From a virus, in the IMG/VR virus record IMGVR_UViG_3300034069_000823, positions 2,090 to 66,089 of that record: 64,000 bases of DNA. One strand, given 5' to 3'. The translations under genes were made by a program, and so were the position numbers. Of this stretch, positions 63,764 through 64,000 are shown piece by piece. Under the pieces are notes generated by a model. It ran no database searches. It was given only the letters and a program-made list of their open reading frames with translations, and was not told the DNA's origin. Each line of letters opens with the position of its first letter. The first letter of the stretch is position 1.

Positions 63764-64000
63764 TTAACTTCACCACAGCATTTAGCAATCCATCCTACAA
63801 CATATTCAAATGGCTCATGTGGTTTTATATCAGCACTAATATGATCAAATAATAATTTAGCAGCATGAGTTGCTTCATGAGCTACATTTTTAAAGTCAAT
63901 ACTTTTTGTATTATTAAATTGTATTACTACACCATATTGTCTAGTATCTTTTTTAATAACATTATAGGTAAAAGCATCACTAGATTCTGTAAGATCTCTA
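63764..64000 (-). CDS. HExxH zincin-like protein, 5'-partial
   Basis: Hand-translated ...KNVAHEATHAA...EPFEYVVGWIAKCCGEVKS-stop. Confidence 0.6.

Noticed and set aside
1-64000. Suppressor tRNA, release factor, CRISPR array, DGR, introns or inteins
   Set aside because: No T-loop/D-loop consensus, spaced repeats, reverse transcriptase or splice/intein motifs were seen by eye. Intergenic gaps are short, and most are filled by small ORFs. They may lie outside the window.

Overview
About 64 kb of a crAss-like phage (Crassvirales, probably Steigviridae/'beta' type) infecting a Bacteroidota host. It is very AT-rich (about 25% GC from sampled lines, not computed) and has A-rich, Shine-Dalgarno-free start contexts. 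There are two convergent blocks. (1) Plus strand 1-25464 holds six late/virion genes: tail muzzle/stabilisation protein, cargo/ejection proteins, and a ~2680-aa virion RNA polymerase with DFDID. The supplied ORF track shreds five of these six genes because TGA is read as Trp; all fragments of each gene share one frame and rejoin into ORFs ending in TAA. (2) Minus strand 25573-64000 holds early/middle genes in the standard code, seven of which end in TGA. They include PolA, primase, DnaB, SF2 helicase, SSB, Sak4-like ATPase, nucleases, NrdJ, ThyX, dUTPase, UDG, dNMP kinase and rIIA/rIIB. Accessory genes include an OmpA-family outer-membrane protein, a membrane-anchored retropepsin, an RlpA-like transglycosylase and an RlmN/Cfr-like radical-SAM RNA methyltransferase. 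The best leads are the RlmN-like enzyme in a phage that switches genetic code, matching Cys-containing C-/N-terminal motifs that could chain the three giant ejection proteins head-to-tail, and TGA stops sitting in ATGA overlaps of replication genes. No tRNA, release factor, CRISPR array, intron or intein was recognised. All counts are manual.
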